From IMG/VR virus record IMGVR_UViG_3300025084_002866, positions 2,308 to 66,307 of that record: a DNA stretch of 64,000 bases; one strand, written 5' to 3'. The DNA comes from a virus (Duplodnaviria; Caudoviricetes). Under the pieces are notes generated by a model. It saw nothing but the letters and a program-made list of their open reading frames with translations, was not told where the DNA came from and did not search any database. Shown one piece after another: positions 1-9,504 of this stretch. The translations under genes were made by a program, and so were the position numbers. Position 1 is the stretch's first letter. Each line of letters opens with the position of its first letter.

Positions 1-104
1 ACAAACTGATTACCGCCATCAAAATCTAAACTATAGTTTGAACTTTTACTCTGATTAGCATTTCTTGGCATTCGCCAGCCTGGACTTAAAAACTTTGTAC
101 TCAT
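1..104 (-). CDS. LamG-domain virion protein, N-terminal fragment running off the left edge
   Basis: ATG at 104 reads MSTKFLSPGWRMPRNANQSKSSNYSLDFDGGNQF with no stop; parallels the N-terminus of 106..4287 (MSAKYKSPSF...YSMDFDG). Confidence 0.8.
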   Translation of the reverse strand, partial: MSTKFLSPGWRMPRNANQSKSSNYSLDFDGGNQF

Positions 105-105
105 A

Positions 106-3100
106 TTAATCTCCCATTCTGTACCAAGCCAATGGCGTTGGTAGGTTAGTATTATTTTCTATATCTGCTGTTTTTTCAACTCCACCTACAAGTGCTGTTG
201 GTTCGTATAAATCAAATTTAACTTGATCAGCTGTTAATGCTTCATCGAATATTGCAAACTCGTCAATAGAGCCAGTAAAATAAAAATTTGGGTGTAAATA
301 TCCAATAACTGACGTTACTGCGATTGGTGTTTGCCAACCAGTGTTGTTATCTATTGTTTGACTAACTCCATTTATGTAAATGTAATCTATTGAAAAAGTA
401 GATTTAACTATAACAACGTGATACCAAGTATTATTGTTAATTGTATAAACTGCTCTATTTTTAAGACTTAGACTAAAGCAAGCGGTTATATTACTACCCC
501 ATAGTCCAATACTTAAACGCTCGCTACTTGATGAATCTCCCATTGTAAAAATTCCTCCGTTATTACCGCTTGATGGTACATTAACCCAAAAAGAAATAGT
601 TTTAGTTCCAGTTATATCAATTTGACCTGTATCAAAATAATCATCTACTCCATCAAATGTCATTTCAAAAGCATTCGTGGTTTGTGCTCCAACATATCCA
701 GGTACATAAGGTACTTTATCATCTGGAATCATATTATAACTCTGTGAGTTAGCAACTGATAAAGGAGCGTCTCCTACACGATCTGTGATAGCTAAACCAT
801 CTCCTATACCATTAGCATAAGTTCCAGGTGCATCAGCTGTTAGCATTGAAGTAGCAGTTCCAGAGCTTACACCATTAGGTGCTCCAGCAATTGAGTTAGG
901 TAATGTAATATCGTTATTTACAAAATAAGCGTTTTCGCCAAGCCTCCACCAATTAGTAGGCGCTATAGGACTTATGTCACCTGGCTTACCGTTGTTATAT
1001 ATAGAAAGTATTTCAGCTTCTGTTAGTTTTTTATCAAAAATAGCAAACTCATCTAACAGTGAATTTTTTAAATAACCTGGGTTACCGGTATTTCCCGAGT
1101 AGCCTAACATATAATTTCCATTAGCTTCAACACCAGTTACCGGAGTACCAAACACCTGTGCTGGGGTTTGTTTAATTGAATCAATATATAATAGTATCTC
1201 ACCATTAATAACAGTTACAGCGATATGGTGCCAATTCCCATCTAGAATGTTTGATGGTACATCGCTATACTGCAGGTAATACTGATTAGTATTGTCACCT
1301 CCAATTATACGTATTCTCCATGTTCCATTATTAAATCTAAAAGCAGCTCTGTTTTGAGCGGTTCCACTTGCGGAGTTGTCTAAATTACCAACTACATAAT
1401 TATCTCCAGAAATCGTACCTATTTGTTTATACCATATTGAATAACTATAGCTCGTGTAAGATGCTGGTAAAGTAAAATTAGTATCTACTCGTTGTGAAGT
1501 TGAAAACTTTAAACTATAGTTACTATAAGGTGAATCAAATTGTAAATCACTTTGTTGTAAAGCTGTACTTGGTAAAGTTGTACTTACTCCGTTTACTGGT
1601 TGAGTTGCTAATACATCAGAACTAACTAAAGTAGCATTATTGTTAGTACCTGTTCTATTGTTACCTGATGAATCAGTTATTGTAAGAGAGTTAAGTTTAT
1701 ACCATAAATAACTATTAGACCAACCAGTTATATCTTTAGGAGTTCCTAAATTATATATTGATTCTATTGATTCAGCTCCAGTTTCTGGTAATACGTAGTT
1801 AAACCAAGCAAAGTTAGATAGTTGACCATTGAAAGAACGGTTAGAAGTAGCGTCTCTACCTCTTCCTAAGTATATCCCTGTTTCAGACATCGAAGAACTG
1901 TAAATTATTGTTCCACTATAGGCTGTAGATATTTTTGATCCATTATTTAAATATAAAAATATTTCATTTGAGCCATTTAATCCAAAAATAATATTATACC
2001 ATACCCCAGCTTGTATACTGGTACTTACAACTCTAGGGCCTCCATCATATACAGCCCACTGAAGTGTTCCATTTGTAATAAAAATAGAAAAAGCTCCGTG
2101 TCCTGCTTTAGTAGCAAAAAGTCTTTCTCCATTACTATTTAAAGCTTCTTGTTTAAACCATAATGAAAAAGTATGAGCGCCTGACGCTGAAGGCACGTCG
2201 CTAAATGAACTTCCATATGCTATTGAATCTGTATTTCCTGAGCCATTATTAAAGTCTAAAGCTTGCGTATAACTAGGTGTTTGAATAGGTAATTCACTTG
2301 GTATTTTCCAAGATGGGGTGTAAGCTACTCCACCTGGAGAATTAGTCGCACCATTATTAGTTCCTGTATGTCCATTACCAGAATAATCTGTTATTGCATT
2401 TTGATCATCTAGTTTCCACCAAGCAGTAGGAGAGAAAGAAGGAGTTGTCTCTGGAGTACCAAAGTTAAATAAAGTTGATATTTGTGAGTCAGTAAGAGCA
2501 GAACTATAAACTGCTATATTTGACATTTGCCCTTTAAAGTATTGAATATTATTTTGTCTTTTACCTATGATAAAATTAGCATCTGAAACGTTTAATGTGG
2601 TTGTAGCAGATTTTACTTCTTTATTAGTATCAACATATGCTGTCAACGTGTTAGCTGTTTCGTCAAAAACTAAAGCAAAGTGTCTCCAAACGCCAGGGCC
2701 ATCTACCGCTGTTAAACCCGTAAAACCATATACTACACCATTTATTAAGACCTCGAAATAACTTCTATACCTTATTAATATTCCATTACCTGGCCACGCA
2801 TCACCTTTATTTAAAAGAACTATAATGCTTATACTAGTACTTGGGTCAATATTAACCCAGGTAGAATACGTGAAATCCCCTGAATTTGGCGGAAGAGTAC
2901 TACTTTGTGTTATATCTATATAATCACTACTTCCATTAAAATCTAAAGCTGTTGTATAATTAGGTGCACTAGGCGTATAAACAGAATCTGCATTTAGTTT
3001 CCACCAGTTTTGTGGAGTAACTGTATAAGAAGTTTGAGGAGAGCCGTTGTTGTATATGTTATCTTTGTTAGTTGCCTGATCAGAGTTCCATATAGCTAAG

Positions 3101-4287
3101 TTAGATATTTGACCATCAAAATAGCTGTTAGTATTTATAGGGTCTGCTCCAATATATAATGGGTTTGTAGTTGTATCTGCTGTAGAACTTCCAGTTCCGC
3201 TTCCTCTTTGAATTCCATTAATAAAAATATAAGCTTGACCAGCGTTAAAAGTACAAATTAAATTAAACCAAGTACCAGCAGTAACATAGTTAGATATGTT
3301 TGCAACTTGTACAACTGGGTAACTTGGACCACCATTTAAATAAAAATATAATGAAGCACTTAAATCTATATCTGCTCCAATACCATTAAAAGGGGATGAA
3401 GATTCTCTATTCCCAAATAACCTTAATGTACCAGAAGCTCCTGTATCAATATTAGCCCATAGTGAAATACTATATTCAGATACATTAGATAAATCAGATA
3501 TTACCCCAGCATTAATATACTGATTATTCCCATCAAAATCCATTACATAATCTTGCAATACACCATTTGGAAATTGCCATTCGTTTCCTGAAGCTGAAGG
3601 ATAACCAGAGTTTTGTGCTTGCTCACCTAATGGATAATAAGCTATAGGACCTAAATTTGAAGCCATTAAGTTAGATGGATATATGTTGGGACTAGTCCCT
3701 CCATATAGTGCAGCTATTTCTGTGGTATCTAAAGCTCTGTTAAATATTGCTACTTCGTCTATTTGGCCTTTAAAATAATTTCCTAATGTGCCACTATAAA
3801 CACCAATTTTTGTTGGTGAACCTGATGCAATACTTGAAGTGTCATTAAACTGTATAGAACCTTCTGGATTTCCATTTACATATAAATCAACATCTTGATT
3901 ATTAGTGTAAACTATTGCAATATGATACCAAGTTCCATAAGTAACAGTAAAATTAAATTCTTTTATTCCTCCAGAGCTTCTACCACCATACACAAATATT
4001 TTTCTATTTGATTGTCTTACACCTATTGATAACATTCTATCAGTGTATGAATAATCACCAGCTGTAAGAATATAACCGTAATTTCCAGATGGTTGCTCTG
4101 GCTTTATCCAAGCGGAATAACTAATTGAATTAATACCATTCAAAGAATAATTAACATCTATGTACTGACTACTCCCATCAAAGTCCATAGAATACAAACT
4201 ATTGATACCAGTATCGTTAGCTGTGTTAGCTGAGGTATTTAACTCGTTAGGTAATAAAAAACTTGGACTTTTATACTTTGCTGACAT
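106..4287 (-). CDS. Multi-LamG (concanavalin A-like) tail/virion protein
   Basis: 1393 aa with repeated units of the form DFDG/DFNG...S.W....W.H....Y.NG...F.GQIDE.AIFN..L...P.AWWKL. Confidence 0.85.
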   Translation of the reverse strand: MSAKYKSPSFLLPNELNTSANTANDTGINSLYSMDFDGSSQYIDVNYSLNGINSISYSAWIKPEQPSGNYGYILTAGDYSYTDRMLSIGVRQSNRKIFVYGGRSSGGIKEFNFTVTYGTWYHIAIVYTNNQDVDLYVNGNPEGSIQFNDTSSIASGSPTKIGVYSGTLGNYFKGQIDEVAIFNRALDTTEIAALYGGTSPNIYPSNLMASNLGPIAYYPLGEQAQNSGYPSASGNEWQFPNGVLQDYVMDFDGNNQYINAGVISDLSNVSEYSISLWANIDTGASGTLRLFGNRESSSPFNGIGADIDLSASLYFYLNGGPSYPVVQVANISNYVTAGTWFNLICTFNAGQAYIFINGIQRGSGTGSSTADTTTNPLYIGADPINTNSYFDGQISNLAIWNSDQATNKDNIYNNGSPQTSYTVTPQNWWKLNADSVYTPSAPNYTTALDFNGSSDYIDITQSSTLPPNSGDFTYSTWVNIDPSTSISIIVLLNKGDAWPGNGILIRYRSYFEVLINGVVYGFTGLTAVDGPGVWRHFALVFDETANTLTAYVDTNKEVKSATTTLNVSDANFIIGKRQNNIQYFKGQMSNIAVYSSALTDSQISTLFNFGTPETTPSFSPTAWWKLDDQNAITDYSGNGHTGTNNGATNSPGGVAYTPSWKIPSELPIQTPSYTQALDFNNGSGNTDSIAYGSSFSDVPSASGAHTFSLWFKQEALNSNGERLFATKAGHGAFSIFITNGTLQWAVYDGGPRVVSTSIQAGVWYNIIFGLNGSNEIFLYLNNGSKISTAYSGTIIYSSSMSETGIYLGRGRDATSNRSFNGQLSNFAWFNYVLPETGAESIESIYNLGTPKDITGWSNSYLWYKLNSLTITDSSGNNRTGTNNNATLVSSDVLATQPVNGVSTTLPSTALQQSDLQFDSPYSNYSLKFSTSQRVDTNFTLPASYTSYSYSIWYKQIGTISGDNYVVGNLDNSASGTAQNRAAFRFNNGTWRIRIIGGDNTNQYYLQYSDVPSNILDGNWHHIAVTVINGEILLYIDSIKQTPAQVFGTPVTGVEANGNYMLGYSGNTGNPGYLKNSLLDEFAIFDKKLTEAEILSIYNNGKPGDISPIAPTNWWRLGENAYFVNNDITLPNSIAGAPNGVSSGTATSMLTADAPGTYANGIGDGLAITDRVGDAPLSVANSQSYNMIPDDKVPYVPGYVGAQTTNAFEMTFDGVDDYFDTGQIDITGTKTISFWVNVPSSGNNGGIFTMGDSSSSERLSIGLWGSNITACFSLSLKNRAVYTINNNTWYHVVIVKSTFSIDYIYINGVSQTIDNNTGWQTPIAVTSVIGYLHPNFYFTGSIDEFAIFDEALTADQVKFDLYEPTALVGGVEKTADIENNTNLPTPLAWYRMGD

Positions 4288-4297
4288 ATTCTATAAT

Positions 4298-5953
4298 TTA
4301 ACTATCTCCCATTCTGTTCCAATATACCGGAGCTGGTATTGTTGTATTTGTATCTAATAAGTTAGCTGACTTAGGCTGACCATTTACTGTAGTTGTAGCA
4401 TCATATATTCCTTTAATATCACAAGAGCTTAATTCTGAATCAAAAACTGCTAGCTCATCTAGTTCACCTTCAAAATAACTTGAGTTATTCCATCGCTTAC
4501 CAATATTATCTACTGTTCCAGCGTTAAAGCCTGCTACAGAAGTAGTAGACGCCGGAACGCCATCTACATATATATTAGAAATATCATTAGACGAATCAAC
4601 TGTCATAGCGAAATGATGCCAAGTGTTATTTACGAGGCTTGTAGTTGACCATGTTTTTCTTTGATCATTGTCAACTTCGTCGTTAGTTGTAAACACCATA
4701 AAGTTACTGTAACCTGAAACTACAGTCATTTTAAATTTATTTGAATCTATTATAACCCCTTGGTTACTTGTCCAATCAGCTGCTTTTGCCCAAAATACTA
4801 AGGTTCTAGTTGTACCGCTTAAGTTAGGTAAATTTTCACCCATGTGAACGTAAGAATCTGTTCCATTAAAACTCATAGCAGCATCGTTATTAATACTAGC
4901 TATTGCAGTAGCATTTGTTGAAGGTGTTATCTCTTGAGAAGCAGTAGCTGTACATCCGTTGCCATCTGTAACCGTAACTGTGTAAGTTGTAGTTGTAGTT
5001 GGAGCAACACTGATTTCTTGATTCGTGTCTGAATTACTCCATAAGTAACTTATTGTTCCAGTACCACCTGTAACATTAGCGGTTAAAGTAGCTGTATCAC
5101 CTGTACATATTGTAGTTCCAGGAACAGTTGCTATTGTAACTGAAGGTGAAGCGAATTCACTTATAGATAAAATATTAGAATAAGCAGAGGTACATCCATT
5201 TGCGTCTGTAACTTTAGCTCTATACTCTCCATCTGAATTAACAGATATTGTATTGTTAGTTTGTCCAGAGATTACGTTAAATCCAGAACCTGTATCTAAT
5301 TCCCAGACAAATGTTCCAGTACTAGGAGTAGCTGTTAAAGTTGTAGATTGACCAGAGCAGAAATTTGTACCAGATATAGATATTGTTGGTAAAGCGTTTA
5401 CAGTAAAGGTAAAATTGCTAGAAGTAGCTGTACAAGGTATACCTAAAGAACTATCAGTTATAGTTACCTTGTAAACAAAATTACCCGCAACATTAAATGC
5501 TGGGGTATAAGTATTGCTAGTTCCATTTTGAACTGATGTATTATCTTTAAACCATTCGTAATTAGAATAACCAGAAACAGCTGTTAGATCAGCTGGTGAA
5601 GGAGAAAAGCCAATACAAGTAGATGAATCACCAGTAATAGTGGTATTGATAGTAGATCCAATATTTATAGGGAAATTAGAGCTACCCACACCAACCACTG
5701 TGTAAATAACAGTATAATTACCAGTATCAGAACCAGATATATCTATAGCTCCAGTAGACGTGTTTAAATCTAAAGTACCTACTCCAGTGTAAGAGAAGAC
5801 TCCACCAGCTGGTGAAGCGTTTGTCAATGTTGGATCATTAGCATCAGCACAAAAATTAGATGATGAATAATCTAAAGTAACCTCTGGACCAGCTCCACCT
5901 TGACCAGGTAGATTTGGTAAGTCAGGTATTGTAGCAGCTATACCTATAAACAT
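4298..5953 (-). CDS. Ig-like repeat plus C-terminal LamG virion protein
   Basis: Thr-rich beta repeats (YTVTVTDGNGCTAT, YRAKVTDANGCTS) followed by a LamG unit ending YWNRMGDS. Confidence 0.75.
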   Translation of the reverse strand: MFIGIAATIPDLPNLPGQGGAGPEVTLDYSSSNFCADANDPTLTNASPAGGVFSYTGVGTLDLNTSTGAIDISGSDTGNYTVIYTVVGVGSSNFPINIGSTINTTITGDSSTCIGFSPSPADLTAVSGYSNYEWFKDNTSVQNGTSNTYTPAFNVAGNFVYKVTITDSSLGIPCTATSSNFTFTVNALPTISISGTNFCSGQSTTLTATPSTGTFVWELDTGSGFNVISGQTNNTISVNSDGEYRAKVTDANGCTSAYSNILSISEFASPSVTIATVPGTTICTGDTATLTANVTGGTGTISYLWSNSDTNQEISVAPTTTTTYTVTVTDGNGCTATASQEITPSTNATAIASINNDAAMSFNGTDSYVHMGENLPNLSGTTRTLVFWAKAADWTSNQGVIIDSNKFKMTVVSGYSNFMVFTTNDEVDNDQRKTWSTTSLVNNTWHHFAMTVDSSNDISNIYVDGVPASTTSVAGFNAGTVDNIGKRWNNSSYFEGELDELAVFDSELSSCDIKGIYDATTTVNGQPKSANLLDTNTTIPAPVYWNRMGDS

Positions 5954-5956
5954 CTT

Positions 5957-6277
5957 TTAATATAAAGCTACTATATCATTATCTGCTAAAGCTCCAGAAT
6001 CAGGAGTTGCTGCTGTTACGGATGTAACTAATACAGGCATAAAAGCCCCGGCAGCTACACCTTTAAATACAACTGAATTACCACTTTCCATAACAACAGT
6101 TATAGAAGCCATTTTAACCCCTACAAATAGGCAAACTCCTCTAGCGTCTGAATTAGGTATTGTATAAGTGCCAGAATTTATTTGAGCAGCTGTTAAACCC
6201 ACGGCATCATGAGCAAACATTCTTGGTTGAGCTTGCATATTTCCTTGAAGTCCTTGTAAATTTGGATTTTGTGCCAT
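5957..6277 (-). CDS. Small virion-associated protein (hypothetical)
   Basis: 106-aa beta-rich ORF tightly packed between structural genes. Confidence 0.6.
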   Translation of the reverse strand: MAQNPNLQGLQGNMQAQPRMFAHDAVGLTAAQINSGTYTIPNSDARGVCLFVGVKMASITVVMESGNSVVFKGVAAGAFMPVLVTSVTAATPDSGALADNDIVALY

Positions 6278-6282
6278 TTTAT

Positions 6283-6729
6283 TTATTTATTTATTTTTGT
6301 AATTTTTTCAGCACCTCTCGAACCAAAGTATGCTACATATACTGTAATCAGTAAAGTTTTTAATAATTCAACCCAAGCTGTATCTACGTCAAACATAGTA
6401 TGAAATGAATCTATTATTATTAATATTGTTGAAGCAAATGTTAAGTATATTAAAGTAAGTGGTCTAGTATTTTTACTTAACCACGAATCACTTTTCATAT
6501 CAACTCTCCATCTACTTGAAATTTCTTTTAGCTCTGTAAGATCTTGTTCTATTAGCTTCATAGCTGTTTCTTTATCTTGAGCCTTAATTTTAGTATCACC
6601 TGTTATAAGATTTTTTACAATTGCAAGACCGCCTTTGTCTGGTAATACTTCACCTATTTTCTTTAAAAGTGTAGGGGCCTTACTAGCTAAAAAAGCCCCT
6701 ACTTTAGTTTCTCTAAGTTTTTTGTCCAC
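6283..6729 (-). CDS. Putative holin (3TM/GTA-holin-like)
   Basis: WLSKNTRPLTLIYL motif, two C-terminal hydrophobic helices, YFGSRG.EK tail. Confidence 0.6.
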   Translation of the reverse strand: MDKKLRETKVGAFLASKAPTLLKKIGEVLPDKGGLAIVKNLITGDTKIKAQDKETAMKLIEQDLTELKEISSRWRVDMKSDSWLSKNTRPLTLIYLTFASTILIIIDSFHTMFDVDTAWVELLKTLLITVYVAYFGSRGAEKITKINK

Positions 6730-7181
6730 TATTTAGACTTCATGTGTTTAGATATAGAACATCCACCTTTTTTCATTGTAGGTGCTCCATATTTCTTAGA
6801 TGGTGCTTTTCCGTACATTTTAGCAGGTACATTGTCATACTTATGCTTTTGCTTGTCAATTCTATGAATAGCTTTCTTAGCATCGTAAATTAATTCTCTC
6901 TCATGCATCATGCTTTTATCATACTTGTTCATCATAGCAGGTGCATTAGAACTTTGAATATAATTCAACTTTTCAGCTGGTACATTCATATCAGCTCCTT
7001 TTACTTTTTTAGCTGCAGGAGATTTTTTCTTTGGTTTCACTGGAGTTCCAGGAGTATATTCCTTTTGAGTTGAAGTTAATCTAACTGTTTTACCACCTCT
7101 TGTGTAACCACTCTTTGTTTTAGTAGCATAAATTACTCTACCTGTTTTACTATCTTTTATTTTTACTGTTTTGTCTGCCAT
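6729..7181 (-). CDS. Basic hypothetical protein
   Basis: 150-aa Lys-rich ORF with stop/start coupling to neighbours. Confidence 0.6.
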   Translation of the reverse strand: MADKTVKIKDSKTGRVIYATKTKSGYTRGGKTVRLTSTQKEYTPGTPVKPKKKSPAAKKVKGADMNVPAEKLNYIQSSNAPAMMNKYDKSMMHERELIYDAKKAIHRIDKQKHKYDNVPAKMYGKAPSKKYGAPTMKKGGCSISKHMKSK

Positions 7182-7540
7182 TATTTCTCTTTTTTATATG
7201 CTTCTTTTTCCCATGGAAAAGATTTACTACCTTCCATGATCCATTTACCTTTGTATTTTATTTTACCGTTTTTACGTGGATAAGATTCTCCCTCCCACTC
7301 TATAGAGTTGTCAGAATAATTTAATCCTTTTTTGCCATTTGATTTAGCAAATCTTTTAAATTGATCAACATGAACTTTTTCATGCTTAATAACTTCTTCT
7401 AACTGCGCTGGACTATCAACTCTATTATTTACAGTTATAGTTCCATTGTTATTGGCTCTGCCTAAAACACCATCTTCTTCATCTACAAAATAAACTGGTG
7501 TATTATCAACAACATAAGGTGATTTTAATTTAAATGCCAT
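7181..7540 (-). CDS. Zincin-like metallopeptidase domain protein
   Basis: HExxH motif (VIKHEKVHVDQ) after a G.A...G.I.VN strand; C-terminal PWEKEAY. Confidence 0.6.
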   Translation of the reverse strand: MAFKLKSPYVVDNTPVYFVDEEDGVLGRANNNGTITVNNRVDSPAQLEEVIKHEKVHVDQFKRFAKSNGKKGLNYSDNSIEWEGESYPRKNGKIKYKGKWIMEGSKSFPWEKEAYKKEK

Positions 7541-7543
7541 AGT

Positions 7544-7687
7544 TTATTTTTTATAAGGAAACGCTTGATTTAACTTTTCTTTACGCTTAGCGCATCCACA
7601 GCCACCTGGTATTTTATCAGCTATAGCTTTTATACCTGTTGCAGTAGTTATCTTTTCTATCGTGTCTCCTAAGCCTTTTGATTCCAT
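7544..7687 (-). CDS. Small conserved phage protein (47 aa, CGC motif)
   Basis: Read from sequence, not in ORF track: MESKGLGDTIEKITTATGIKAIADKIPGGCGCAKRKEKLNQAFPYKK; fills the gap exactly. Confidence 0.75.
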   Translation of the reverse strand: MESKGLGDTIEKITTATGIKAIADKIPGGCGCAKRKEKLNQAFPYKK

Positions 7688-7689
7688 AA

Positions 7690-8187
7690 TTAACACTTCC
7701 ATCTACGTCTAGCAGCTTTACCTCTTTCACCGGTCCAACCTTTTGATCTAGCACAAAAAGACTTTCTTCTTTTAGCGGCTTTACTACCTGGTTTAACATC
7801 TCCAGTTACAGCAGTTTTAAGCTTGCTACCTGGATTTTCTTTTCTATATTGCTTAACTCCCTTAGAAGTCATACCAGCACCTTCTTCTTTAGTCCTGAAA
7901 GTTCTACCTTTACCTTTAGTAGTCTTACGCATCTCAGCTGGTGATTTCTCACCACATTTTAAATCAGGATTACCAACTTGTCTCCAATCTTGTTTAACCC
8001 ATGTTTTTAAATCACCACCACTACTGGTTCCAGTAACATTACTTTTAGAACTTCTCTTGTATTTACCAGCAGCTCCAGCACTTCTCTTAGCGCGTATAAC
8101 AGATTGTCTCTCTGACTTACTCATGCTTCTTATCTTAGCCAACGGCAAGCAAACTTTTTTAGTACCTCCTCCTTTTGACTTAGCCAT
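7690..8187 (-). CDS. Basic hypothetical protein
   Basis: Lys/Arg-rich ORF; likely start MAKSKG at 8187, coupled to the upstream stop. Confidence 0.65.
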   Translation of the reverse strand: MAKSKGGGTKKVCLPLAKIRSMSKSERQSVIRAKRSAGAAGKYKRSSKSNVTGTSSGGDLKTWVKQDWRQVGNPDLKCGEKSPAEMRKTTKGKGRTFRTKEEGAGMTSKGVKQYRKENPGSKLKTAVTGDVKPGSKAAKRRKSFCARSKGWTGERGKAARRRWKC

Positions 8188-8324
8188 TAGCACTTACCTT
8201 TACCTTGTTGTTTTGAAGCCCACATATTAGCATATGCAGATGGGTATACGTCAAACTTTCTTTTAGCAGCGGCTTTACAAGAAGCTGATATTTTTCTTAA
8301 TGCTGGGGAATTATTCTTTTTCAT
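8187..8324 (-). CDS. Small basic phage protein (45 aa, YPSAYA motif)
   Basis: Read from sequence: MKKNNSPALRKISASCKAAAKRKFDVYPSAYANMWASKQQGKGKC. Confidence 0.7.
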   Translation of the reverse strand: MKKNNSPALRKISASCKAAAKRKFDVYPSAYANMWASKQQGKGKC

Positions 8325-8725
8325 TATCTTTTTCTTTTACTTACTTGAACTTCTTTAACTATAACAGTTGTTTTAGGCTTTCTTTTTTGTAATTCTTCTA
8401 ACTGCTTATTTAATTCTTCAAACTTATCATCTGCTTTAGTACCATCCTGTAGCATTGATGAAGTTATCTTAACTTCTTCTTTTAATATATCATTAGCTTC
8501 TTCAAGCATATCAACTCTTTCTATAAGATCATCTATATTCTGCTTATTCCACTGTTCTTTTAAATCATACTCTAATCTTTCCACTTCTACAGGTGGTAAA
8601 GTCTTTGCTAACTGTATGTCATTTTGCAATGTATAATACATACCGACTAAAGTGGTTGTTAACATTATTATACCAATTACAGTTTTTAAATCAATTTTAA
8701 ATTCAGTTGACTCAGATATTTTCAT
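8324..8725 (-). CDS. Membrane-anchored coiled-coil protein (possible spanin-like lysis accessory)
   Basis: N-terminal TM helix, then coiled coil; directly downstream of the endolysin. Confidence 0.5.
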   Translation of the reverse strand: MKISESTEFKIDLKTVIGIIMLTTTLVGMYYTLQNDIQLAKTLPPVEVERLEYDLKEQWNKQNIDDLIERVDMLEEANDILKEEVKITSSMLQDGTKADDKFEELNKQLEELQKRKPKTTVIVKEVQVSKRKR

Positions 8726-9184
8726 TTATATTTTTTTGTATGCAGTTCTACCTTTATTTTTATATGCCTTAAGCATTATATTCCTGTTCTCTTCCTCTGA
8801 TACGTAACTAATATGTATCCAGCTTGGATTTTCATCTGTGCCAAACTCCCATATTAATTGATCAAAACTTAAATTATCTTTTATAAACTCAAACATCTCC
8901 GCATTAGTAGCATGACCATATTTATCATCTATATCCATAGCTTGGCCTTTACAGTGCTGTGAAGTTTTACTTCCACCTATAGCCTTGTTGAGGTCACCTG
9001 ATCTATACATACTATTAATGCAGATAGGCTTACCTACGTGACTTCTAAGAGGCTCAAATACTTTTTCTGCTAAAATCTGCATATTTGTTATATGCTCTTC
9101 ATTAGGAGTGTTCTCTACACCTAGTCTCTTAGCTGTTATAGATCTTGTAGCTTCTTTATATGATATATGTTTACTTATTATCAT
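8726..9184 (-). CDS. Endolysin, peptidase M15 family
   Basis: SMYRS...N..IGGS.TSQHCKGQAMDI...WIHISY motifs; probable start MIISKH at 9184. Confidence 0.85.
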   Translation of the reverse strand: MIISKHISYKEATRSITAKRLGVENTPNEEHITNMQILAEKVFEPLRSHVGKPICINSMYRSGDLNKAIGGSKTSQHCKGQAMDIDDKYGHATNAEMFEFIKDNLSFDQLIWEFGTDENPSWIHISYVSEEENRNIMLKAYKNKGRTAYKKI

Positions 9185-9329
9185 CTTTGTTGTGTAATAA
9201 CATCCACTTATGCACAGTGTATCCAATGGTTAACATTAGTAATATAACTTCTAATGCTGGCTCTATCCAGTTCATACTAGCTAGAGTAAATGAAGAAGCA
9301 TTTAGCAAGTACAGCTTCAAGTCTTGCAT
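9171..9329 (-). CDS. Small membrane protein, holin candidate (52 aa)
   Basis: Read from sequence: MQDLKLYLLNASSFTLASMNWIEPALEVILLMLTIGYTVHKWMLLHNKDDNK; immediately upstream of the endolysin. Confidence 0.6.
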   Translation of the reverse strand: MQDLKLYLLNASSFTLASMNWIEPALEVILLMLTIGYTVHKWMLLHNKDDNK

Positions 9330-9334
9330 ACCCA

Positions 9335-9502
9335 CTATCTCTGAGCGTTAAGCGTAGGATTTCCTTTGTACTCTATATTGTCAATTTTTAAATTAACTTT
9401 AATATTAGAGTTTCTAGATTCCATTTTTCTTTCACCTAAAGGCTTGCAACCACAAGATAACTTCTTTCCAGCTGGCATTTGTTTTTCTCCGTAACTTGGC
9501 AT
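9335..9502 (-). CDS. Hypothetical protein (55 aa)
   Basis: Read from sequence: MPSYGEKQMPAGKKLSCGCKPLGERKMESRN...; fills the gap on the coding strand. Confidence 0.6.
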   Translation of the reverse strand: MPSYGEKQMPAGKKLSCGCKPLGERKMESRNSNIKVNLKIDNIEYKGNPTLNAQR

Positions 9503-9504
9503 AA

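Noticed and set aside
106-5953. Diversity-generating retroelement acting on LamG/fibre genes
   Set aside because: No reverse transcriptase and no near-identical template/variable repeat pair differing at adenines was seen.
7823-8230. 135-aa plus-strand ORF
   Set aside because: Antisense to tightly coupled minus-strand genes.
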